Assembly (NCBI GenBank): GCA_050744245.1
Contig: JBOGGX010000027.1
Location: 1-54,725 of the forward strand
Source of the DNA: Acidimicrobiales bacterium
Lineage (GTDB): Bacteria; Actinomycetota; Acidimicrobiia; Acidimicrobiales; JBOGGX01
DNA: 54,725 nucleotides
Reading direction: 5' to 3'
In this document: positions 14,948-23,057 of the stretch, piece after piece
Numbering within the stretch: position 1 is the first letter of the stretch
How the letters are laid out: every line of letters begins with the position of its first letter
Made by a program: the position numbers and the translations under genes
The notes under the pieces: model-generated
What the model was told of the DNA's origin: nothing
What the model saw: the letters and a program-made list of their open reading frames with translations, nothing else
Databases searched by the model: none

Positions 14948-16393
14948 ATGCAGGACCGGCCGCCCCCCCGACGACGACTGCTGCGGCTGCGGCGGTGGTT
15001 TCGGGCCAAGAGTCTGACCCGCGCCGGGCGGCTTGTCACGATCGCCGCCCTTGGCGCGGTCGCCGCCGTGGTCCTCCTCGGCGTCACCTCGCGCTCGACC
15101 GGCACGGTCGGGCCGGGGACGATCGAGCTGACGGCCCGCGTCGGCCCGCCGAGGACCGTCCTGCGCCTGCCGCCCTTCGGGGCGGTGTCCGCGCCGACCC
15201 ACGGCGCACCCGTGACTCTCACGGCACGGGTCGATCGCATCGACATCGACGCCGCCCAGGACCTGGCCAGCCAGCCCCGGCTGCGGGAGCGGATCGAGGC
15301 GACGGTCCGGTCCGACCTGACCCCGCTGGTGCGGCGGTTCGTCCTCCAGACCCTCGGGGTCTCCGCGGTCGTCGGCGCCGCCGTCGGCGCGGTCATCCCG
15401 AGGCGGCGTTGGAGCTTCGTGGCCGCCGGCGCGGGCGGCGCCCTGCTCGCCACCGGGGTCCTCGTGGGGCTGGCCTGGCTGCGGTTCGACCCGGAGGCGT
15501 TCGCCGACCAGCCCCGCTTCGAAGGCCCGCTGGAGCGGGCGCCGGGATTGATCGAGACGGCCCAGAAGTACGTCGAGGATTTCGAGGCGGTCCGCAACCG
15601 CATCGACGTGCTGTCGGCCCAGCTCAGCGACCTCTATGCCAGCGCAACGACCGAGGAGATCGCCCGCGGCCCGGGCACGGTGCACATCCTCCACGTGAGC
15701 GACATCCACCTCAACCCGGTCGGGCTCGAGGTCACACGCGACCTGGCCGAGCGGTTCGACGTCGACGCCATCGTCGACACCGGCGACTTCACCACGTTCG
15801 GTCTGCCCCCGGAGGCCAGGTTCTCCGACCAGCTGGCCGGCATGCCGGCGCCCTACTACCTCATCCCCGGCAACCACGACTCCTTCGGCATCCGCCAGGC
15901 CCTGGCCGACAGCGGACAGCTCGTGCTCGTCGACGGCTCGGTGTTCACCGTCGGCAACGTCGACATCCTGGGCGTCGGCCACCCCGTGTTCACCGCCAGC
16001 AACGAGGTGAGCGACGAGGTGCTCGACGAGGCCCTCGCCCGCCAGGGCGCCGAGACGGAGTCGCTCGCCGCCGAGCTCGAGCCCGACGTGGTGGCCGTCC
16101 ACGATCCGGCCCAGGCGGACGGGGTCGATGTCCCGCTGGTGATCGCCGGGCACACCCACGAGACCACCTTCACCGAACGCGACGACGGTGCCATCGTGCT
16201 GACCGTCGGCTCGACCGGCGCCACCGGGCTCGGTTCGTTCACGGTCGAGACCGGCCTGCCGTACGAGGCCCAGGTGCTGCACTTCTCCGGCGGACGCCTG
16301 GTCGGCATCGACGCCGTCTCGCTGCGGACCACCGGTGAGTTCGAGATCGAACGCCGCCTCCCCCCCGAGCCACCGGAACCCGACGCAAATTGA
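14948..16393 (+). CDS. Membrane-anchored metallophosphoesterase (calcineurin-like)
   Basis: TM helices in the N-terminal half, then HVSDIHLN, DTGDFTTFG, PGNHDS and AGHTHE. ATG 14948 lies inside ORF 14894..16393. Confidence 0.8.
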   Translation: MQDRPPPRRRLLRLRRWFRAKSLTRAGRLVTIAALGAVAAVVLLGVTSRSTGTVGPGTIELTARVGPPRTVLRLPPFGAVSAPTHGAPVTLTARVDRIDIDAAQDLASQPRLRERIEATVRSDLTPLVRRFVLQTLGVSAVVGAAVGAVIPRRRWSFVAAGAGGALLATGVLVGLAWLRFDPEAFADQPRFEGPLERAPGLIETAQKYVEDFEAVRNRIDVLSAQLSDLYASATTEEIARGPGTVHILHVSDIHLNPVGLEVTRDLAERFDVDAIVDTGDFTTFGLPPEARFSDQLAGMPAPYYLIPGNHDSFGIRQALADSGQLVLVDGSVFTVGNVDILGVGHPVFTASNEVSDEVLDEALARQGAETESLAAELEPDVVAVHDPAQADGVDVPLVIAGHTHETTFTERDDGAIVLTVGSTGATGLGSFTVETGLPYEAQVLHFSGGRLVGIDAVSLRTTGEFEIERRLPPEPPEPDAN

Positions 16394-16546
16394 CCTTTAG
16401 GGGCACTGGGGTCGGTAGATGAGACCTAAACGCGCGCAAACGGGGACGGGCGGGCCAGGTCCGCTCCGGCGCGCTCGGCCAGGGCGATGAAGCGCTCGGC
16501 GTTCCTGGGGGCACAGGCGCCCGGGTCGTTGCTGAAGCTACCCGAC

Positions 16547-17077
16547 TCACGACCTACGGCTGAGAGCGGGGCACAACGCGCACCACACCCGTTTCCCTCC
16601 ATCGGGAAGCCGCAACCAACCCCATCGGTGCACCAGCCGGTCGACGATGACGAGGCCCCGGCCGGACAGGGCGGTGGGCGCCCCTCGATCGGCGATGACC
16701 GGCTCGCCCCCGCCCTCGTCGTCGACCTCGAGCAGGACGCAGTCACCGTCGCGGCTGATCCGAAGACCGGTCAGCGAGCTGTGGCGCACGGCGTTGGTGA
16801 CCAGCTCGCTCGTCACCAGCTGAAGGTCGTCCCCCACTCTGGATCCCGATGCGTCGCCCAACCACCGGTCGACGAACCGTCGCGCCAGTCGGGCGCTGGC
16901 CGGCTCGGACCGGAGCGCCAGGGCCGCCGGCTGGCCGTCCTCATACCCGCCGTCACCATCGCCGAGGACGGGCAGGGACCGGACCGGGGTGGTCAGGGAA
17001 CCACCCTCGGTTGCCGCGCCCGCCTGATCCCCGGTTTCCTCCACTTCGGTACTCGAGTGCGACGACTGGTCTCGCAC
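16547..17077 (-). CDS. ATP-binding protein, RsbW/SpoIIAB-like anti-sigma kinase fold (HATPase_c_2)
   Basis: ARLARRFVDRWLG...DDLQLVTSELVTNAVRHS...LLEVDDEG...GRGLVIVDRLVHRWGW...GKRVWCAL. The true start is probably internal to the ORF. Confidence 0.6.
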   Translation of the reverse strand: MRDQSSHSSTEVEETGDQAGAATEGGSLTTPVRSLPVLGDGDGGYEDGQPAALALRSEPASARLARRFVDRWLGDASGSRVGDDLQLVTSELVTNAVRHSSLTGLRISRDGDCVLLEVDDEGGGEPVIADRGAPTALSGRGLVIVDRLVHRWGWLRLPDGGKRVWCALCPALSRRS

Positions 17078-17147
17078 CGTCGAGCCCTACCCGACCTCTA
17101 CCACGATCAACCTCGGCCACCGTCGAATGGGGCGGCGCACCAACCCT

Positions 17148-17498
17148 TCACGACGGTCGGTCGTCCTCCACTGCGTCCAGCACGGCCTGTTCCGCCTCGG
17201 TACTGCCCGGCCCGTACTTGACCACCACCGTGCCCTTGGCCCCGCAGTCGGGGCAGACCAGGGCGAGGGCGGCCACCATGTCGTCTGGGTCCGAGGCGCC
17301 CTCGAGCCGACGGATGGCGACCATCGACATGTCGGCCGGGTCGTCGACGTGGCCGCAACGGCTGCAGCGGATCTTGCCATTCGGGGTCACGGTGAAGTTC
17401 TCGACGAACCCGTCCTCTGCCAGCTCGGCCAGGATCTCGACCAGCGTCGTGTAGTCGGAGGGCGCGCCCGGCTCGGGTGGCGTGAAGGCTTCGCTCAC
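17148..17498 (-). CDS. Conserved hypothetical protein with CxxC...CxxC zinc-ribbon-like motif
   Basis: 116 aa with good GC3 bias. Contains CSRCGH ... CPDCGA. No enzymatic motif recognised. Confidence 0.55.
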   Translation of the reverse strand: MSEAFTPPEPGAPSDYTTLVEILAELAEDGFVENFTVTPNGKIRCSRCGHVDDPADMSMVAIRRLEGASDPDDMVAALALVCPDCGAKGTVVVKYGPGSTEAEQAVLDAVEDDRPS

Positions 17499-17552
17499 CG
17501 GATGCTGCCTCCTTGCGTGATTTCGGCCACCGTTTCGGGTAGACGTGCGGGG

Positions 17553-18014
17553 GTGCGCGCCATCTGGAGCGGCTGCGTCAGCTTCGGCCTCGTGAACCTA
17601 CCGGTCAAGCTGTACCGGGCCACCGCCCCGCAGACCGTCCGATTCCACCAGCTCGATCGCCGATCGGGCGCCAGGGTCCGCAACAGAAGAGTCTCGGAGA
17701 AGAGCGGACGCGAGGTGCCGTACGAGCAGATCGTGAAAGGCTACGAGCTGGACGGCGATCAATTCGTGATCGTCGAGCCGGACGAGCTCGAAACCATCGA
17801 ACCGTACGGACCGTACGGACCCAAGGTGATCGGCATCGAGGAGGTCGTCCACCTCGACGAGATCGATCCGCGTCAGTTCGACCGGGCCTACTGGCTGGCC
17901 CCGGCGGACGAGCGAGCATCTGACCGCAATCAGGCGCTCGACCACGCGCTGGCGATCCACACCATGCTCTTCGCGACGAGTTGGTCGCCCAGGCCGAGCA
18001 GGAGCACCGCGTGA
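17553..18014 (+). pseudogene. ku: Ku (NHEJ DNA-end-binding protein) remnant
   Basis: GTG 17553 opens VRAIWSGCVSFGLVNLPVKLYRATAPQTVRFHQLD...FDRAYWLAPAD, a canonical Ku N-terminus. The text then jumps to ...LAIHTMLFA(DELV, +1 frame) and stops at 18014. That leaves about 150 codons against roughly 250-320 for intact bacterial Ku. Confidence 0.7.
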
Positions 18015-18097
18015 GCGAGCGAAACGAGCGAGCGACGGGCCGGTGCGGGAGTGCCAGCGACCCTGGGGGCATGGCCACCAGCAGGAGCACCGCGTGA
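17997..18097 (+). repeat. Perfect 18-nt direct repeat (period 83 nt) at the Ku/LigD junction
   Basis: AGCAGGAGCACCGCGTGA occurs at 17997-18014 and again at 18080-18097. Copy 1 contains the Ku-remnant stop; copy 2 contains the LigD GTG start. Confidence 0.95.
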
Positions 18098-19158
18098 CCG
18101 ACCCAGGCCCGCCGCTCGAGCGCTACCACGCCAAGCGCGATTTCGCCCGCACGCCGGAGCCCTCGGGTGCCGAGCCGTCCGAGGCGCCGGAGGGGGCGCC
18201 CCGCTTCACCGTCCAGCAGCACGACGCCACCCGGCTGCACTGGGACCTCCGGCTCGAACGCGACGGCGTCCTCGCCTCGTGGGCGCTGCCGCGGTGCCTG
18301 CCGTTGCGCCCAGACGACAACCATCTGGCGGTCCACACCGAGGACCACCCGATCGAGTACCTGAGCTTCGAGGGCGACATCCCCGAGGGGGAGTACGGCG
18401 CCGGCCACATGTTCGTGTGGGACACCGGGTGGTACCAGACCGAGAAGTGGGAGCCGAAGAAGGCGGTCGTGGTGCTGCACGGCGAGCGGGCCCGAGGGCG
18501 CTATGCGCTGTTCGAGACCAGGGGCCGGGACTGGATCATCCACCGGATGGATCCGCCCGAGGACCCGACCCGCGAGCCGGTGCCGACCGATCTGCGCCCC
18601 ATGCTCGCCACGCCCGGTCCTGCGCCGGAGGACGACGCATGGGCCTGGGAGGTCGGTTGGTCCGGGCTGCGCACGATCATCGCCGCCTCCACCGGGGCGG
18701 TCGACCTGTTCGACGCGGACGGGCGCACCGTTTCGCAGGCGTTTCCCGAGGTGCGCAGGATCGGCCGGGCGCTCGGCTCGGTCGAGGTCGTGCTCGACTC
18801 GCTGCTCGTTCCCACGAACGGCGACCGGGCGTCGATCGATCGCCGTTTGGCGGCGGCCAGCGAAAGCGCCGTGCGCCGGCTGGCTCGCGACCAACCGGCC
18901 GCCGCCGTCCTCTTCGATGTGCTCTGGTTCGACGGCCATCCCATCCTCGAGGCGCCGTGGACCGACCGTCGGGAACAGCTCGAGGACCTCAAGCTGGACG
19001 GTCCGGCATGGCGCACCCCGTCGGCCCACCCCGGTGACGGCCAGGCGCTCCTGGCCGCAGCGCGCCTGCAGGGACTCGACGGCCTGATCGCCAAGCGCCT
19101 GGACTCCCCGTACCGGCCGGGCGAAGCGTCACCCGACTGGGTCGAGGTCACGCCCTAG
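18094..19158 (+). CDS. ligD: LigD-like protein: 3'-phosphoesterase (PE) domain plus a truncated, motif-degenerate ATP-dependent ligase domain (no POL, no OB)
   Basis: The PE domain looks intact: LERYHAKRDFARTPEP, FTVQQHDATRLHWDLRLE, HTEDHPIEY, GAGHMFVWDTG. In the ligase part, motif I reads WEVGWSGLR where E-x-K-x-D-G-x-R is expected. Motif III reads LDSLLV (expected LDGE..V). The motif V region reads DWVEVTP-stop (expected W.K.K). Confidence 0.75.
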   Translation: MTDPGPPLERYHAKRDFARTPEPSGAEPSEAPEGAPRFTVQQHDATRLHWDLRLERDGVLASWALPRCLPLRPDDNHLAVHTEDHPIEYLSFEGDIPEGEYGAGHMFVWDTGWYQTEKWEPKKAVVVLHGERARGRYALFETRGRDWIIHRMDPPEDPTREPVPTDLRPMLATPGPAPEDDAWAWEVGWSGLRTIIAASTGAVDLFDADGRTVSQAFPEVRRIGRALGSVEVVLDSLLVPTNGDRASIDRRLAAASESAVRRLARDQPAAAVLFDVLWFDGHPILEAPWTDRREQLEDLKLDGPAWRTPSAHPGDGQALLAAARLQGLDGLIAKRLDSPYRPGEASPDWVEVTP

Positions 19159-19183
19159 CCGGGCCGGCAAACTGGTCGCCGGC

Positions 19184-19372
19184 TCACGGCTCGTCGTCGA
19201 GCGGGACCTCCTGCTCGTCGGCCGGGAGGTCGGCGCCCGCCTCCAGGACCTCCTCCACGTCGGGATCGGCCGGCCGATCGTCGTCGAGCGCCGGCACCCG
19301 CGCCGACGGACGGCGGGTCGGCACCGCTTCGGTTCGTTCACCGTCGACATCGAGGTCGAGCCGCTCGGACAT
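19184..19372 (-). CDS. Small acidic hypothetical protein (62 aa)
   Basis: High GC3. An AAAGGGGA Shine-Dalgarno-like sequence lies about 6 nt upstream of the ATG. No recognisable domain. Confidence 0.4.
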   Translation of the reverse strand: MSERLDLDVDGERTEAVPTRRPSARVPALDDDRPADPDVEEVLEAGADLPADEQEVPLDDEP

Positions 19373-19431
19373 GGCGTTCCCCTTTCGCCGGCACCGATCC
19401 CATCCGCTGCGTTCGTACCCTTCCTACCCCC

Positions 19432-20094
19432 TCAGCCGGCAACGAGCACGACGTCGACCGTGGTCGGCCCGTGGACGCCGGTGACGAGCAGCTGCTCGAT
19501 GTCGGCCGACCGGCTGGGCCCGGTGACGAACACGACGTTCGAGGACTCGCCCTCGTCGGCCACCCACCGGATGGCATCGCGGGTGGTGGCCACCAGCTGC
19601 TCCTCTCTGATCACGCACAGGTGAGCGGTGGGCAGCAGGCTGGCCGTCCGGCCGCCGCTCGGCGCCGACGCCTGCACCAGTGAGCCGGTGGCGGCGATGC
19701 CGATCGTCGCGCCGGTGACGCCGAGATCGGCCTCGGCCGCGTCGGCGACGCGCAGCGGCTTGACCTCGACACCGAACACCTCGAGCATCTCGCCCGCGGC
19801 CCGGGCGTCGGCGTCGGCCGAGACCACCGCCGTTCTGATCTGCCGATCCTCGACCATGGCGGCCAACAGGGGCACCAGCTCGTCGAACGGGGCGATGCGA
19901 TGGACCTGCATCCCGACCCTCGTGGCCATGGCCGCGAACGTGCCCGGCAGATCCTCGGGATCGAGGTTGGTCGGTGTGATCACGGGGACGTCGGTGACCG
20001 GCGGAGGCAGCGGGTGCACCATGTTCTCGGGGACGCCGTCGGCCAGCCGAGCCCGCAGCCGGTCGAGGAACGCCACCCGGTCGCCGGTCTCCAC
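19432..20094 (-). CDS. lutC: Lactate utilisation protein C (LUD domain)
   Basis: 220 aa, last gene of the lutABC-type cluster. GTG start lies 2 nt after the lutB stop. Contains ...GVTGATIGIAATGSLV...LPTAHLCVI... Confidence 0.85.
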   Translation of the reverse strand: METGDRVAFLDRLRARLADGVPENMVHPLPPPVTDVPVITPTNLDPEDLPGTFAAMATRVGMQVHRIAPFDELVPLLAAMVEDRQIRTAVVSADADARAAGEMLEVFGVEVKPLRVADAAEADLGVTGATIGIAATGSLVQASAPSGGRTASLLPTAHLCVIREEQLVATTRDAIRWVADEGESSNVVFVTGPSRSADIEQLLVTGVHGPTTVDVVLVAG

Positions 20095-20096
20095 GC

Positions 20097-21494
20097 TCAG
20101 ACCTCGCCCGCTTCCCAGAGGTCATGGAAGCTGCGCCGGGCCGGCTTCGGCATGGTCCGCCCCTCGGCCCATCGGCGGCCCCCGGGCAGGAAGGCCCCGA
20201 GTCCCGACAGCGGACGGCCCCATGCGCCCGCCTTGATCGAGGCCCGGTAGCGGGTCGGGCTCGACCAGGCGGCGGCCCAGGCCTTCCATGCCGCCCGCGT
20301 CGTGACCGGGGCCGAGGGCCGGTTGCGCCGGCGCAGCGTCAGCAGCAGGTCCTGCAGGGGGATCCCGACCGGGCAGGCGTCCATGCACGCGGCGCACAAC
20401 GACGAGGCGTTGGCCACCTCGGCGGCATGGCCTGCTCCCCGCTCGAGCAGCGGGGTGAGGACGGCACCGACCGGACCGGAGTAGACGCCGCCGTAGGCGT
20501 GCCCGCCCACCTGGCGGTAGACCGGGCACACATTGAGGCAGGCGCCGCAGCGGATGCAGGCCAGGATCTCGTGCAGCTCCCCGCCGAGGATGTCGCTGCG
20601 GCCGTTGTCGAGGATGACGAGGTGGAGCTCGTCCGGCCCGTCGGCCTCGCCCGGGCGGCGGGGCCCGCGCAGGATGCTGGTGTACGAGCTGAGCACCTGG
20701 CCCGTGGCCGAGGCCACGAGCAGGTTGAGCAGGAGGTCGAGCTGGTCCCAGGTGGCCACGACCCGCTCCATGCCCATCACGGCCACGTGCACCTTGGGCA
20801 GCGACGTGCACATCCGACCGTTGCCCTCGTTGGTGACCAGCACCAGCGAGCCACCCTCGGCCACGCCGAAGTTTATTCCTGAGATCCCGAGGTCGGCGGC
20901 CAGGAACTCTCGCCGCAACCGGTCACGGGCGAAGGTGGCCAGCTCCTCCGGGACCGGCTCGAGCCGGTCGCCACCGGGCAGCGCCGCGAACAGGTCGTGC
21001 ACCTGGTAGCGGTCGCGGTGGACGGCAGGAGCGATGATGTGGCTGGGCCGCTCCTTGGCGAGCTGGATGATCCACTCCCCGAGGTCGGTCTCGACCACCC
21101 GGGCACCGATCGCTTCGATGGCCTGGTTGAGGTGGATCTCCTCCGAAGCCATCGACTTCGACTTGACGACGGTCTTGGCGCCGATGCGGCGGGCGACGCC
21201 GGTGATGTAGTCGGTCGCGTCGGCCGAGGTCGAGGCCCAGCACACCTGGCCGCCGTGCTTCTCGACGTTGTCGGCCAGCTCGCCCAGGAGGTCGGGCAGG
21301 CGGGTCAGGATGTCGGCCCGCACGGCCCGGGCCGCCCGCCGCAGCGAGTCCGCGTCGCCCAGCTCGGGCAGGCGGGCCATGCGATGGCTGGCGAAGCGGT
21401 CGACGGCGTTGGCCAGCGAGGTCCTGAGCCGACCGTCGTCGACGGCGATGCGGGTCCGGTGACGGAGCGTGGTGTCGTCGAGCGGGTTGCTCAC
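20097..21494 (-). CDS. lutB: Lactate utilisation protein B (4Fe-4S, LUD domain)
   Basis: CIRCGACLNVCPVY and CAACMDACPV ferredoxin motifs. GTG start at 21494 overlaps the lutA stop (GTGA). Confidence 0.9.
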   Translation of the reverse strand: MSNPLDDTTLRHRTRIAVDDGRLRTSLANAVDRFASHRMARLPELGDADSLRRAARAVRADILTRLPDLLGELADNVEKHGGQVCWASTSADATDYITGVARRIGAKTVVKSKSMASEEIHLNQAIEAIGARVVETDLGEWIIQLAKERPSHIIAPAVHRDRYQVHDLFAALPGGDRLEPVPEELATFARDRLRREFLAADLGISGINFGVAEGGSLVLVTNEGNGRMCTSLPKVHVAVMGMERVVATWDQLDLLLNLLVASATGQVLSSYTSILRGPRRPGEADGPDELHLVILDNGRSDILGGELHEILACIRCGACLNVCPVYRQVGGHAYGGVYSGPVGAVLTPLLERGAGHAAEVANASSLCAACMDACPVGIPLQDLLLTLRRRNRPSAPVTTRAAWKAWAAAWSSPTRYRASIKAGAWGRPLSGLGAFLPGGRRWAEGRTMPKPARRSFHDLWEAGEV

Positions 21495-22246
21495 CGGTCC
21501 ATCGATTCGGCGACGACCTCGGCGATGTGCTTGGCCACGACCGGACGGCCCTCGTGCTCGGCCCGCGCCGCTAGGTGCAGAAGGCACGAGGTGTCGGCGC
21601 CGACGAGAACCTCGGCCCCGGACTCCTCGATCGATCGCAGCTTGTCGTCGGCCATTGCCGTCGAGGTTTCGGGGAGCTTGATCGAGAACGTGCCCCCGAA
21701 GCCGCAGCAGCGGTCGTCGGCCGACCAGCGCATCCGCTCACAGCCCACCGCGTCGAGTACGGCCTCGGGCTGCTGCTTGATCCGCAGCTCCCTGAGCATG
21801 TGGCAGGAGTGGTGGTAGGCCACCCGCGGGGAGGCCGCGTCCGGTGGGCGCCGGGCCGCCTCCGGCAGGCCCTCATCGGCGAGGAACTCGCTGAACTCGG
21901 TCACTCGGGCGCCGACCGCCCTGGCCCGCGCACCCGCGTCGTGATCGCCGACCACCTCGAACAGCTCGGGCCAGAACACCCGCACCATCGCCGTGCACGA
22001 CCCGGCCAGCCCGACGATGCGGTCGACCCCGGCGTCGAGGGCCTGGTCGAGCGAGGCGAGGGTCGTCCTCGCCACCTGGGCCGCCTCCTCGGCAAAGCCG
22101 GCGTTCCACGCCGGCTGGCCGCAGCACGTCTGGTCACGGGGCACAGAGACGTCGTGGCCCGCGGCCCGCAGCACCCTGACGGCCGCGACCGCGGCGTCGG
22201 GCGCGACGACGTCGGCGACACAGGTGACGAACAGCCCGACCTTCAT
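21491..22246 (-). CDS. lutA: Lactate utilisation protein A (CCG-domain Fe-S oxidoreductase)
   Basis: MKVGLFVTCVADVVAPDAAVAAVRVLRAAGHDVSVPRDQTCCGQP... and a second CCG repeat (CCGFGG). The ATG at 22246 overlaps the upstream stop (ATGA). Confidence 0.9.
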   Translation of the reverse strand: MKVGLFVTCVADVVAPDAAVAAVRVLRAAGHDVSVPRDQTCCGQPAWNAGFAEEAAQVARTTLASLDQALDAGVDRIVGLAGSCTAMVRVFWPELFEVVGDHDAGARARAVGARVTEFSEFLADEGLPEAARRPPDAASPRVAYHHSCHMLRELRIKQQPEAVLDAVGCERMRWSADDRCCGFGGTFSIKLPETSTAMADDKLRSIEESGAEVLVGADTSCLLHLAARAEHEGRPVVAKHIAEVVAESMDR

Positions 22247-23022
22247 GCCGGTCGGCCGTCGCCCTCGACGACGCCGAGGACGGCGGCCAGGACCTCCCGG
22301 CAGACCGCCGGATCGCTCTCGTCCGGGTGCCACGTGCAGCCGATCGAGGTCGTGACCAGCCGGCCGGTGTTCACGACCGCGGCCGCCGCCCCCAGCACTG
22401 CGTCGAGGTCGGCGCCCCCGGCCGCGGGGAACAGCAGCCCGGGAAAGATCGACGGGTCGATGACGTCGAGGTCGATGTGCAGGAACAGCGGACCGGTCGG
22501 CAACGCTACCCGCAGCACGGCCTCGACCTCGTCGAGCGCAACTCGACGGACCTCGGTCGAGGCGATGAGCTCGGCTTCGGCCGGATCGAGGTCGCGGCCG
22601 TCGACCAGCACAACACGTTCGTCGGGCACCGGCGTCAGCCCGAGTCGCGCTCCTACGCCATCGTCGTCGCCCCGGCCGGTGATGAACGCCAACACCATCC
22701 CGCCCACGTAGCCGGAGATCGTGGTCGCCGGCGTGTTGAAGTCGCCGTGGGCGTCGATCCACACCACTCCGGGCTCGAGACCTCCCCGACGCAGCCCGGC
22801 CAGCACACCGACCGAGGCACAGCAGTCGCCTGAGAACACGGTGAGCGGCCCGTCGCCGTTGACGCGCTCGACGACCGCCGCCAATTCCTCATACAGCGGC
22901 AGGAGTGCGCGCCAGGTGGGCTCGGCGGGCACCGGCTCGTGCAGCACGAGCTCGGGTTCGACCGGCAGCGTCAGCACGTCGCGGTGCTCGTTCAGGTGGA
23001 ACGGGACGGCGATGCGGGCCAT
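22243..23022 (-). CDS. Arginase/agmatinase/formiminoglutamase-family ureohydrolase
   Basis: The metal-binding blocks WIDAHGDFNTP, GGMVLAF and LHIDLDVIDP are present. 259 aa. Confidence 0.8.
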   Translation of the reverse strand: MARIAVPFHLNEHRDVLTLPVEPELVLHEPVPAEPTWRALLPLYEELAAVVERVNGDGPLTVFSGDCCASVGVLAGLRRGGLEPGVVWIDAHGDFNTPATTISGYVGGMVLAFITGRGDDDGVGARLGLTPVPDERVVLVDGRDLDPAEAELIASTEVRRVALDEVEAVLRVALPTGPLFLHIDLDVIDPSIFPGLLFPAAGGADLDAVLGAAAAVVNTGRLVTTSIGCTWHPDESDPAVCREVLAAVLGVVEGDGRPA

Positions 23023-23057
23023 CGAGGAACGCTACCGCGGCGTCGTAAGTTGACAGG

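Noticed and set aside
16426-16746. 106-aa minus-strand ORF overlapping the end of the RsbW-like gene. Its tail (..NAERFIALAERAGADLA..) was considered as a possible STAS/anti-anti-sigma remnant.
   Set aside because: The overlap with a better-supported gene, the lack of STAS motifs and the low-complexity N-terminus make it unlikely to be real.
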